In this document: positions 22,501 through 34,364 of the stretch, in pieces | How the letters are laid out: each line of letters begins with the position of its first letter | How positions within the stretch are numbered: position 1 is the stretch's first letter | NCBI RefSeq assembly: GCF_018350175.1 | Contig: NC_058382.1 | Span: 61,878,001 to 61,942,000, forward strand | DNA from: Felis catus | Taxonomy: Eukaryota | DNA: 64,000 bases | Reading direction: 5' to 3' | Program-made: the position numbers and the translations under genes | Notes under the pieces: model-generated | Database searches by the model: none | Seen by the model: the letters and a program-made list of their open reading frames with translations, nothing else | Told to the model about the DNA's origin: nothing

Positions 22501-25000
22501 TTTGAGAGGATGGAGAGATGGCCTCACACGCTTTGTAATGCAAGGGTGCTGCTGGATGAGGACATTGTTAAGATTCCTCAAGTTTCTCAGGACATACATA
22601 TGTTGGGCTGTGTCATTTCCATTACTGAGATGGGCTGCATATATCCTTTGTGGAGAAGGAAAGAGTCTTTTAATAGAAAAGCAGGCATATCAGTCCTGCA
22701 GATGTGCCCAGCACACAGTCCATGTCCCTGGTTCTGTGAGAGATGAGGCAAACCCTTACCATCAGGGGCTTCAACTGTCCTAATGGGGAGAGAGTCACAT
22801 GCGTTAAATTACATGGAGCTTCTGGTCTACAATAATGGCAGCTCCAGTAATGGGTCCTCAAGTACAAGAGACGGAGACATGAAACTCGTGGAAATGAATT
22901 GGAGACTGTGCATGAGAAGGGAGAGCTGAGATGGTACAGAGAGGAGGGTGTTGGACTCAGTGAGATGGAGTTGGAGACCATTTGTGGCAGGGCCCACAAC
23001 CTGGGCAGGGAGAGTGAGCGCAGGGTGACATCCACACAGAGCTGCTGTATGGGTTCAAGGATAGTTCATGCAGGTATCATCTCTGAAATGTCATTGTGGC
23101 CAAAGTGCACCTAGTTCATTATCTAAATAAAGACTGTTGTTTCCCTTGGAGGTTCTCCTGAAGGTTCTGGATCCTAGTGAAAGAATGCCCTGGAGATTTG
23201 TAGTTTACCTTGGTTCTTATGGGATGCTTGTCTGCCTAAGTTTGTGTGCCTCTGTGAGACTAAATGTGATGAAAGGTTGTAGATTAGCTGTGTGGCTTCC
23301 TTGGCCTTCAGCCTGAATAAGACTCTTAGCAGGGAATTCAGGGTTGACCAGGAAACGCCCCTGCTGGAATCTTGTCACCACACCCCTGAACCTACTTTCA
23401 TGACGCTGCATGAAGGTGTACATCTCTGAAACTTCCCTCACAATTTCCAGAGGCACTGCCTGTGATCCTGCTGTCTCAGCCCTAATGCCAGCTCTCAGTG
23501 GGGCCATCTCAGAGCCTCAGCATTGTAATCTGAGAAGCAGGAACAATGTTGGTCTCTGAGGTCAGTGCGATGAAGAGGTGATTAAGCACATAAGGAATTT
23601 GTAAAATGTATGGGATGAGTGTGCATTCACCCTTCTCAGGGTGGAAATGAATGTATCTGCACACAGAAGATCATCAACAGATGTTCATTCAGTTTCATGA
23701 AACTAAAGGTATAATGCCTGAGGTTGGGAGATTGGCAATTCCTGTTTCCAAAGATACAACAAAGACCCCTGTGTTTTTTCTATTAAAATTCAGGTCCTAC
23801 TTTACAAAGAAGGAAAAGATAAGTATGAGAATGTGTATATTCAGGCATCTACATCTAAGATCTGAGGTAGACATACAAATGCAGCCACACAAATATGTGC
23901 TCATCCAAGGCCACAGATGTATTGTAGAAGACAAAATGCATAGAGGAGAACAGAAGATCCCTTTGCAATAAGTCAAAATCACTTTGACGTAGAGGACAAT
24001 CCGTTTGAAATTTGGAGAGGACACTGAACCATTACAAACCAGCTATGGTTATTATATATTTAGAGATGGTGTCCAATCTGCCCCTTGGTCTGAATGCTTT
24101 CCCTGCCCACCCTGTCCACTCCACTTTGTCCTTCCTAATGTCCCCTAATACACTTGTCACAGTTGTGTTTCTGTGTCAGCGTCAGCTTCCAGGAAAATCA
24201 ACACTCATTCCCCATCAAGCGTACACTTTGGGGTTCCTGTATATGCAGTCAGCGAACACATAGTATGTACAGGATTGGTGGAAGAAGACAGATCATTCTT
24301 TGGGGTTGTAATGCCTGGAAGGGACCTATAGTTCCATCTGAGGAGTTGGATACATCCTTTAGGGAGATCTGGTGATGGGGAGAACTATCTGTAGATAGAT
24401 CTATCTGTAGATAGATACTCATGAGTACATGGCGTGCGTGCTAGTTGATGGGGTTCGTGCTGATGAGGACAGGTATCTGTCTCCAGGAAAGGGTCTCTTC
24501 CGATGATGAGGAATGGATTCAGGAGACCGGTAAGGAGGCCCTGCATTAACTCAGCTCTTGTGCCCTTGTGCACCTTACCAGCTCCCCCCAATAGCACCAA
24601 TCTAGGTGGCCTCAAGGGGGCAAATGGCGCAGCTTTTGTGGTGAGTCCCACATGATGTCCCACAAAGCTTCCCCTGTTGCCTTATTGAGGAATCGGGAGG
24701 GCAGAGCTCCATGGTCTGAGATAGGTTCCTTGGTCACCACCCAGGAGAGTTGTGGGTAAGCATATGGCTCCTTCTACATCGGCCAAGCCAATCCACTTTG
24801 CCCTAGGCACCCCGAAACCTCTGAGCCCCTTTTTCCTCCCAGCTTACGGAAGCAGCCAGCCCTCCAGAAGCTTTTGGGTCATGGATTAGCCACCAAGGGT
24901 AAATGTCTGGCTGTCCACATGCTGCCAGCATTGCTCTAGCAAATGTCAACATGAGCAGCTGCTGTACAGGGGATTCTCCTCCATTGTGATCAGGGCCTGG
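19550..25000 (+). repeat. Unidentified low-copy repeat, copy A (contains an internal ~2.35 kb duplication)
   Basis: caagtttctcaggaca occurs at ~20246 and ~22579, and gggacc..tggaagggtggagttt at ~19770 and ~22135. Homologous to 38400-44600 (inverted) and 62085-64000. Boundaries are approximate. Confidence 0.7.
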
Positions 25001-26204
25001 GACAAAACAAGACATGAGAGAGGGAGAGACAGGAGTGCCCTGTGCTCCTGGACAGGGCTGCATGCACAAAGCAGATATCCTGAAGCCTGGGGAGAGGTGG
25101 AGAAAGAGACAGGCAGGGAGAGAGACATTGAATTTGTGATAGGGGAATTGGGCAAGTCCTAGAGAGTGAAAGGAAGAAATAGAGAGTGATGTGGTTAGAG
25201 ATAAAGAGAGACAAAGAAGAAGTACAAGGAGAAAGTAGAGACCTGGTCCAGGAATGTGGATGGGATGAGATGGGCCAGGGGAGAGGGGATGTATGAATTG
25301 TCTCTGAGTGCTGGGGCAGAAATGGCAGGTATCATGGGCATCCGTGTTGTGTGACTCCAAGACTCCAACATCCCTGGGGCCAAGCTTTGCAGAGGCTATT
25401 GCATTTGAAAAGATGGGTATCCCTCGTTTCTCCTGGAATTGTGGGGGCACAGTTTCATGTTCTGTCATGGGGAGGGATGTCTTGAGGGAGAGTGTGCTGC
25501 TCTTTGGCAGGTAAACACTAGAGCCGCCCTGTGGGGAGGGAACCCGGACCCATCTCCCTCACTTCCCCAGGCCCTGTTGGATTTCCCCGCAGCTCCCTAC
25601 CAGCTGGTCTTCCTCATGTTCTGAACCCAGGCATCAGGCATTGTGTTGCCCCCAGATCCGGCAGTCTGGACCTGGCAGAGTTGAACTGCTGATATTGATA
25701 AAAAAGTATTTGACAAGAAGGTCCATATTCTCCCTCTGGAGCTAGTGGTGTGCATCAAGATCGTGGGTTTTTATCCTCCTGTCCACTGCCAAACTGAGGA
25801 TCCCAGATGGTAGGTGAACCTTTTAAAACACCATAGTCTTGTCTTACATCAAATTCAAAGACATTTTCTTGTCCCAGCTTTCTTTTAATTTTGAAGAGAT
25901 GGCAATTAGTAATTGAAGGCATAATGAATGGTCCTATAGGAATTTGACCTATATGACTGATGGACATTATTTCATACAACTGTGTCACTAAAGCACATTT
26001 CATTGGAAATATTAGCCAAGGATACATACAATAAATTCATAACAGATGTGTAGCTCCCTGTAACTTGCATTCTGACCCTGACACATATGTGTCATCAAAG
26101 ATATTATTAGTGACTATTCAGATAAGCTCTCTACATCAAGATGGTGATGTTAGAGAATCTAGTATAAATGGAATTTCACAGATTCTAAATTAGGAATGAT
26201 TGTT

Positions 26205-26410
26205 TTTAATTTATAATGTTTCTGTTTTTCTTTTTTGGAGAGAGCCTGAGGGAGGGAGGGGGGAGAGAGCAGGAGACACGGAATCTGGGGCAAGCTTCAG
26301 GCTCTGAGCTGTCCGGACAGAACCTGACGCAGGGCTCAATCTCATGGACTGCAAGATCATGACCTGAGGGGAAGTCGGATGCTTAACTGACTAAGCCACC
26401 CAAGCGCCCC
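26205..26410 (-). mobile_element. Carnivore SINE
   Basis: Head ggggcgcttgggtggcttagtc on minus; TSD aggaatgat(t/a)gtt at 26192 and 26411. Confidence 0.9.
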
Positions 26411-27059
26411 AGGAATGATAGTTCATTGGCAAAAAAAGATAAATTAAAGATAGCGTACAGGATGTCAACTTTTCATTGAAATATTCTTCACACATTTGTT
26501 GTATTAGTTTTAGGCATACATTGTAGTCATTCCATATGTCTATAAATTATGTTGTACTTCAGCACAAGTGTAGCTATCCTGTGAAAGCATGCAACAATAT
26601 TATTACAGGATTGACTCTATTCCATTGGCTGTCTCTTGTATCCCTAGGACTCATTCGTTTCATAGCTGGAAGCAGTTATCTCCCTCTCAAAGGTGTCAAT
26701 TCTTTATCTAACCTAACTACTCTGGTGGTAAACACAATTACTTGCTCAGCATGTGTAAATTGGCGGTCTATTTTTCTGTGGACATTGCTTAAAACATTAC
26801 AAATGATGTCATTATGTTAATAAATTCTGTTTCATTCTTCACTCAAAAAAAAAGGAGAAGGAAAAGATTTATTTGTGTCCCAGGCCCTGTCACTAAAACC
26901 CTTCCCATTGTGGAGAACAGGCGGAGTTGCCCAGAGCACCTTCAGTCCCTCAGCTGAGCGACCAGGGCCGTCAACATTGCAGGAATTCCCATGGTATCCA
27001 GCAGAGAGAGCTCAAGCACCACAGACCTGGACGGGCGGGCTCCTCTGCCTAGGCAGTGA

Positions 27060-27078
27060 TGGCCAGCAGAGGGCGCAC
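27060..27078 (+). promoter_or_regulatory. CTCF core motif
   Basis: TGGCCAGCAGAGGGCGCAC closely matches the canonical TGGCCACCAGGGGGCGCTA, within a GC-rich non-repetitive patch (~26870-27280). Confidence 0.65.
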
Positions 27079-27283
27079 CATCGGCTTTTCTGACCCAGGG
27101 CACTTCAGAGCAGGAAGGGCTGCTGCTGCTCCCAGAGGACACAGGGCCTCTACAGCTGTCTCAGGACAGAGAGCAGAGCTGTGTTTCCAGAGGGTTCTGC
27201 CGCCCGCCCCAGGGGAGACCTTGGGAGCTTAGCAGAAACTTGGCATCTCCTGAGTCGCCAGAGAGAAGCTGCCTTTCCCCCTT

Positions 27284-27288
27284 TGTGT

Positions 27289-27333
<45 letters not shown>

Positions 27334-28850
27334 TGTGGTTAACTTCAAGTTTCTTAGCTTTGTGGTCAGAAAAACTGCTTGGTCTGATCTCTGTCTTTGG
27401 GTACCTGTTGAGGCCTGCTTTGTGACCTAGAATGTGATCAATTATGGAGAATGCCCCATGTGCACTTGAAAAGAATGTGTACTCTGCCATTTTAGTATGG
27501 AGTGTTCTGAATATATCTGTTAAACCCATCTTGTCCAGTGTGTGATTCAAAGCCATTGTTTCCTTGTTGAATTTCTATTTACAGGTTCTGTCCATCGATG
27601 TGAGTTATGTGTTAAAGTCCTCTAATATCGTTATATTATTATAAATGAGTTCTTTTATGGTTGTTGTTAAATGTTTTATATACTTGGTGGTTGCATGTTG
27701 GGGGCATCAAAATTTATAATCATTGGATCTTCTTGTTTGGTTGTCCCCTCTAGTATGAGATAGTGTTTGTCTTCATCTCTTGTTACAGCTTTATTTATTT
27801 TTTATATTTAAGTCTTAGTTGACATACAGTGCATTCTCGGATTCGTGAGTAGAATTCGGTGATTCATCCCTTACATACAACACCCAGTGCTCATCACAAG
27901 TGCTCTTCTTAATATAGGTCCCCCATCTAGCCCAGAACTGACCCATCTCCCTCCATGAACCTTCACTTTTTTTCCTCTATCATTAAGAGACACATGTAGT
28001 TTGTTACCACTCTTCTCTTTTCCTGCCCCCTTCCCATGTTTTCATCTGTTTTGTTTCTTCAATTCCACATGAGTGAAATCATATATTTGTCTTTCTCTGA
28101 TTGACATATTTCACTTAGCATAACACATTCTAGATCCATCCACATCGTTGGAAATGGCAGGATTTCATTCGTTTTGAAGCTGAGACATATTAGATTGTAT
28201 ATACATATGTATGTATGTATGAATATATATATACAAACACACACACATGCATATACATGAATACACAGACACACACATACACAGACCCCACAACTTCTTT
28301 ATACCTTCATCACTTGATGGATACTTGAGCTCTCCATAATTTAGCTACTGTTGATAAAGCTGCTATAAATACTGGGTGCATGCAATTTTACTACTAGGTA
28401 TTGACCTAAAGGGTACCAAACTACAGTCTCGATTTTAAAGTTTTTTTGCCCGATATAAGTATTGGTACTGGGTTTCTTTTGATATTGTTGGCATGGAAAA
28501 TGTTTTTTCATTCCCTCCATTTAAATCTGCAGGTGACTTAAGTCCAAATAAGGCTTTGTAGGCAGTACCTAGATAGGCCTTGTTTTGTTTGTTTCTTTTC
28601 TTTTCTTTTTTCTTTTCTTTAATTTTCTTTTCTTTTCTTTTCTTTTTTTTGTCCATTCTGACCCCCTATCCAATGTCTTTTGATTGGAGCATTTAGTCGA
28701 TTTACATTAGAGTAATTATTGATAGGTATATATTTAGTGCCCTAATAGTTGTTTTACCATTGTATCTTGATGTTTTCTCTGATCCTTTCTTATCTGTAAC
28801 AATTTTGGTCTTTCATTTCCACTAAAAGAGCCCAATTTATATATTCTTTT
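27284..28850 (-). mobile_element. L1 fragments: ORF2 endonuclease region interrupted by an L1 3' end (~27795-28400)
   Basis: ORF MALNHTLDKMGLTDIFRTLH..FSIIDHILGHK (EN) and ORF ..NEILPFPTMWMDLECVMLSEICQSEKDKYMISL (ORF2 C-terminus). Confidence 0.85.
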
Positions 28851-28859
28851 CTTTTGACT

Positions 28860-30091
28860 GGTAGTATATTTCTTTACTTATTTTTAATATTTCTTCTTTT
28901 TTAAAAGTTAACCCCAAGTTAGTTACCTTATAGTGGAATACAGTTTCAGGATTAGAATTTAGTGATCCGTCAATTACAAAAATATATCCAGTACTCATCC
29001 CAAGTGCTGTCTCTAATGCCCATCACCCATTTAGCCTATACCCCTATTCAGTAACCCTCCAGGAACCCTGAGCTTCTTCCCTCTATTTAACGGTGCCTTA
29101 TCGTTTGACTCCATCTCTGTTTGTATCTTATTTTTGCTTTCCTTTCACTATGTTCTTCAGTGTTATGAATTCTCTCATCTGTGGAATTTAATATGATGTG
29201 TGTCTTTCTCTGACATATTTTGCTTATAATAAAGTCCAGTTCACTCCACGTTGTTGAAAATAGCAAGATTTCACTCCTTTTGATCGCCGTGTAATATTCC
29301 ATTGTATGAATATACATCTTCTTTATCCATTCATCCGTCAATGGCCATTTGGCCTCTTTGCATAATGTAGCTATTGTTGATAATGCTGCTATAAACATTG
29401 GAGTGTATGTGCCACTTGGAGTCAGCATTAATGTATCCTTTGTGTAAATACCTAGTAGTGCAATTGCTGGGTCCTAGTGCAGTTCTGTTTTTAGTTTTTG
29501 TAGCGAGTCTCCATACTATTTTCCAGAGTGGCTACACCATTTTGCATTCCCACCAGCATTGCAAAACTTTCCCTTTGCATCCTTGCCAACATCTGTCGTT
29601 TCCTGAGGTGTTAATTTTAGCCATTCTGATAGGCATGAGGGGATATCTCATTGTGGGTTTGATGTGTATTTCACTTATGAGGAATGAGGGTGAGCATCTT
29701 TTCACGTGTGACCAATCTAGATGTCCTGTTTGTTAAAGTGTCTCTTCATGTCTTTTGCCCATTTCTTCTCTGGATTATTTGGTTTTTGGGTGTTGAGTGT
29801 GATAAGTTCTTGATAGATTTTGGATACTAACCCTTTATCTGATATGTCACCTGCAAATATCTTCTCCCATTCCATTAAGTTTCCTTTTGGTTTTCCTGAT
29901 TGTGTCCTCTGCTGTGCAGAAGCTTTTTATCTTGAGGTCCCAATAGTTTATTTTGGTTTTATTGCCCTTGCTTCTGGAGAAATGACAAGCAAGAAGTTGT
30001 TGTGGTCAGGATCAAAGAGGTAGGTTGCTTGTTTTCTCCTCTAGGATTTTGATGGTTTCCTGTCTTACATTTAGATCTTTCATCCATTTTG

Positions 30092-30187
<96 letters not shown>

Positions 30188-32580
30188 TAAGAACATAGTC
30201 CAGGTTCATACTCCTCACTGTCCAGTTTTCCCAGTACCATTTGCTGAAGAGACTCTTCTTTTTCCTTTGGATATTCTTTCCTGCTTTGTGAAAGATTATT
30301 CAGCCATATGTTTGAGGCTCCATTTCTGGGTTCCCTATTCTGGTCCTTTGATCTATGTGTCTGTTCTTGTGCCCGTACCATACTGTCTTGATGATTGCGG
30401 CTTTCTAATGCACCATAAAGTCCAGAGTTGGAATGTCTCCATCTTTGTTTTTCTTTTTCAACATTACTTTGGCTCCTTGGGGTCTTTTCTGATTCCATAC
30501 AATTTTAGGATTGTTGTCTCTAGCTCTGTGAAAAATGCTGGTGTTATTTTGATAGGAATTACATTGAATTTGTCAATTGCTTTGGGTAGTATTGACATTT
30601 TAACAATATTTGTTCTTCTAATCCATGTGCATGGGATTTTTTTTTCATTTCTTTGTGTCTTCTTCAACTTCTTTTATAGACGTTGTATGGTTTGTTCTTT
30701 TAATTTTTTTAATGTTTATTTATATTTGAGAGAGTGAGCGAGCAAGTGACAGTGCATGAGTGGGGGGGGGGCAGAGAGAGAGAGGGAGACACAGACTCTG
30801 AGGCAGGCTCCAGACTCTGAGCTGTCAGCACAGAGGCCGTCAAGGGACTCAATCCCACAAATGCAGGATCATGCCCAGAACCGAAGACAGCACTTAACCG
30901 ACTGAGCCACCCAGGAGAACCTCTATTGTTTTAACTGTACTGATCTTTTCCCTCTTTGGTTGGGTTTATCCCTGGGTATTTTATGGTTTTCAGTGCAGTT
31001 GTAAATGACATCAATTCCTTGATTTCTCTGTTGATTCATTACTGGTGTATAGAAATGCAATCAACTTCTGCATATTGATTTTATATTCTGATACTTTCCT
31101 GAATTCCTGTATCAATCCTAGATGTTTTTTGGTGGAGTCATTCGGATTTTCCACGGAGAGTATCATGTCTGTGAGCAGGGAAAGATTGATTCCTCCTTGC
31201 CAACTTGGACACCTTGTATTCTTTTTGATGTCTGATTGCTGAGGCTAAGACTTCCAACAGTATGGTGAATAAAAGTGCTGAGAGTGGATATCCCCATCGT
31301 GTTCCTGACCTTAGGGGGAAAGCTCAGTTGTCACCATTGAAGATGATATGAGCTGTGGGACTTTCATATCTGGATATTCTCATGTTGAGGCATGATACTT
31401 CTATCCCTCCTTTCATGAGTTTTTTTTTTTTTTCACCACGAAAGGATGCTGCTGCATTTTGTCAAACGTTTATTCTGCATTTATGGAGAGGATCATGTGG
31501 TTGTTATCCTTTCTTTTATCAATGTGATGTATCACATCAGTTGATTTGCAGATATTGAATCTATTGTGCATTCCAGGAACAAAATCCACCTCATTGTCCT
31601 GAATAATCCTTTTTATGTATTGTTGGATCCGGTTTGCTACTTTTTGTTGAGAATTTTTGCATCCGGGTTCATCAGGGAAATTGGCCTGTAGTTTTCCTTT
31701 CTGGTGGGGTCTTTGTCCAGTTTGGACTCAAGGCCATGTTGGCCTCATAGAATGAGTTTGGAAGTGTTCCTTCCATGTCCCTGGCCATGACCTTATCTTG
31801 TTCTTTCATTTGGGATGCAATTCCTCTTGGCATTTTGGTTGAGTATTTGCCTTCTCTGTTACCAAAGCTCATTATGTTACCTGCCTCTGAGATGAATGGC
31901 TTTATGAAGAGGAGATCATCAAGTGTCCAGGGCCTGGCACATCATGGAGTGTCTGTGGTGTGTGTTGCATGCACTGTTTTATGTTCTGGCTGCACTATCC
32001 TTCAAGCCAGTTGTATGAGCAATATATGGTCCTTGGCCAGAATGTGGTGAGACTTATCTAGGTCTGCTCCGATCTGCTTGTTAAATGAGACTTGAAACGA
32101 TTGCCACTAGAAGTGAAGCATAACTGTCTGGTCAAGAGAGGTGGTCTGGTCGTGGGCTTCCACTGGTGTTCTGGGGAATGGGCCAGGTCCATTGCGACAG
32201 AGGCAAGCTTCAATGACCTAGGCCAGTCTCGCCAGAACACAGGAAGTTGGGGTTGGTGTAAGCAGCTTAGGCACCCAGTGTGGGGATTGCCTTGTTTCCA
32301 GCATATGGCTCTGTGTGCAGAACAGGGAGGTGTGCAGAACAGGGAAATGGTGCCACGCAGCCCACCTGTCCTAGCTCTTTGTCCCCTCATTGTGAACACT
32401 GCTTCTCAGGGATGTTCTCCCCGATCAGTGTATAATCTCTCCAGTGTGTGCACCAGGCGTTGTACAGGTCACTGTTTCAATGCCATCTGACTGCAAGTTG
32501 TTGGCTGCCTTCTTTTCAGGAGTAGGCCAGTGCCATCATGGCTGTATCCCAGCCAAGACTCTAACCTTTGAAACTCCACA
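28860..32580 (-). mobile_element. Degraded carnivore L1 (3'UTR, ORF2 3' half, internal deletion at ~31775 joining to 5'-region sequence)
   Basis: ORF2-like translations ([41 protein letters not shown]). (GT)n(GA)n microsatellite at ~30093-30183. Confidence 0.85.
30697..30920 (-). mobile_element. Carnivore SINE inside L1
   Basis: ctgggtggctcagtcggttaag head on minus, (GA) tract, aatgtttattt tail. Confidence 0.88.
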
Positions 32581-32585
32581 TTCTC

Positions 32586-32737
32586 GGGTGCCTGGATGGC
32601 TTGGTTAAGTGTCTGACTCTTGATCTTGGCTCAGATCATGACCTCTTGGTTGTGGGATTCTCTCTTTCCCTGTTGTCTAGCCCCTCTCTGGCACGTGCTC
32701 TCTTTGTCTCTAACTTGAATAAACTTTAAAAAAAAAG
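32586..32737 (+). mobile_element. Degenerate, internally deleted carnivore SINE
   Basis: gggtgcctggatggct..ggttaagtgtctgactcttgatcttggctcag..aataaactttaaaaaaaa. Confidence 0.75.
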
Positions 32738-32759
32738 TGGCATGGAATACCTTATTTAG

Positions 32760-33400
32760 GCAAGACTGCCTCTCTGAGGGGAATGGCAGGGATCTATCAG
32801 TACTGAGTAGGAAATTATTTGCTGACCGGTGAAAGGTTACATTCCTGCAGGAATGAAATTAGGTTTAGTGACATGTGGCCTTAACATAAGTAACTCCATG
32901 ATGGGCCTGTGATTTTTCTTAACATTCCAAACCCAAATTTTTACACATACATTTTTTCATTAAATGTATAGCCCTAAATAATATTTTAGCCATCTACTGC
33001 CGGCTCAAAGATCGTATCCTGTGAAACTCTGACCATCTCCTAATCATAGTTGAAGATCGACTCTGTGGCTCTAAGATCTTTGTGGCTCTAAGTTACTTTG
33101 ATCTATGTTACTAAGATCTTTGTGAGTCTAGGTTACTGCTGGGCTTTTGAAGTCTTTGACGCAGGGACCCCCAGCCAGGTTGCTGACCCATCTCTTAGGC
33201 ACAGAAGCACCCTTTCCACGTCACCCCGCCCTAAAGCGTTGTCTTTCCCTCTGGTACTTCTGGGACTTACCCTTTGGCAAGTCACATATCCTCATGCAAA
33301 CATGTCAGTGTGGACCAGAGAAAGCTGCTTGCCTGTGACTCCCCTTCATGGTCACATCTTATCCTTCTGAAACCCTTTGAACTCCCTATTGTTCTTCCAG
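32760..33400. mobile_element. Possible LTR/ERV-derived remnant
   Basis: Not L1 or SINE; general LTR-like appearance only. No TSD or paired LTR was identified. Confidence 0.25.
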
Positions 33401-34364
33401 TCTTTGAATATCTGTTTGATTTGGAAATATTTGATTCTCTTATATTCCTGCTAAAAGTATACGTGAAAATATTAAAGCAAGGGTTCTTTACAATAAGTGA
33501 GCCAGTCACAATGCTTCATCTGTCCGCGTGTATGTTTTTATTTTTGACAATGTTCAGGCATGATGTGACGTACATCCTATAAAATCTGAAAATCATTCAT
33601 GATCTAGCATAACCACCTTTATGGAAAGCCATTCAATGACATGCTCGTTCAAGATCAGAAAAACAATTTACATACCACATAATAGAGTGGTATATACATA
33701 CGTTATTATCTTAAAATATGTAAAGCTAGATGTTTCTATGAAGTGTTTATCATGCATTCAGTTTTCTGTACCATGAATGCTATTATTTAAATTAAACAAT
33801 AGTAAGAACAAGAATAGGTACATGTACGTCACTAGTAACTAATACTGGAACTAGTTATATACTCTTATGTGTAGAAAAACCATGATTACTAATAATCTAT
33901 TCTCTCATGATGGGTTTCTAGTTACCAAAAAAAAATTGGGAAGATAATACTGAGTATCCACATACATCAGACTGTTTCCTCACTATTGATGTCATAATGG
34001 TTGGTACATGATCACAATCAAGGTATCAAAGAGATATGGTAGTATGAAGTAAAGTTTATATTTGTATTCAGATTGCTTCAGTTTTAACCTCTCCTAGCCC
34101 AGACTCATCCCAGCTGCCACATTACAGTCATCCTGTCTCCTTAGGCTCCACTTGGCCATGACAATTTTTAGATTTTTCCATATTTTTCATAAGGTGCAAA
34201 GTTTTGAGGGTACGTTGGTACAATGTATTTTGTAGAATGATCCTTGGCTGGGATATGCCTAACGTTTGTTCAAATGCTTAAGCCAGAGTTATTGTGTTTT
34301 GGAGCAGAAGATCCAGAGGCATAGTGCCATCCATAATTATCACTTCACATAAAGATTGTTTACT

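Noticed and set aside
24803..25468. 221-aa minus-strand ORF
   Set aside because: Largely a pyrimidine-rich low-complexity tract with no recognisable domain.
30096..30737. 213-aa plus-strand ORF
   Set aside because: Microsatellite plus antisense L1 ORF2.
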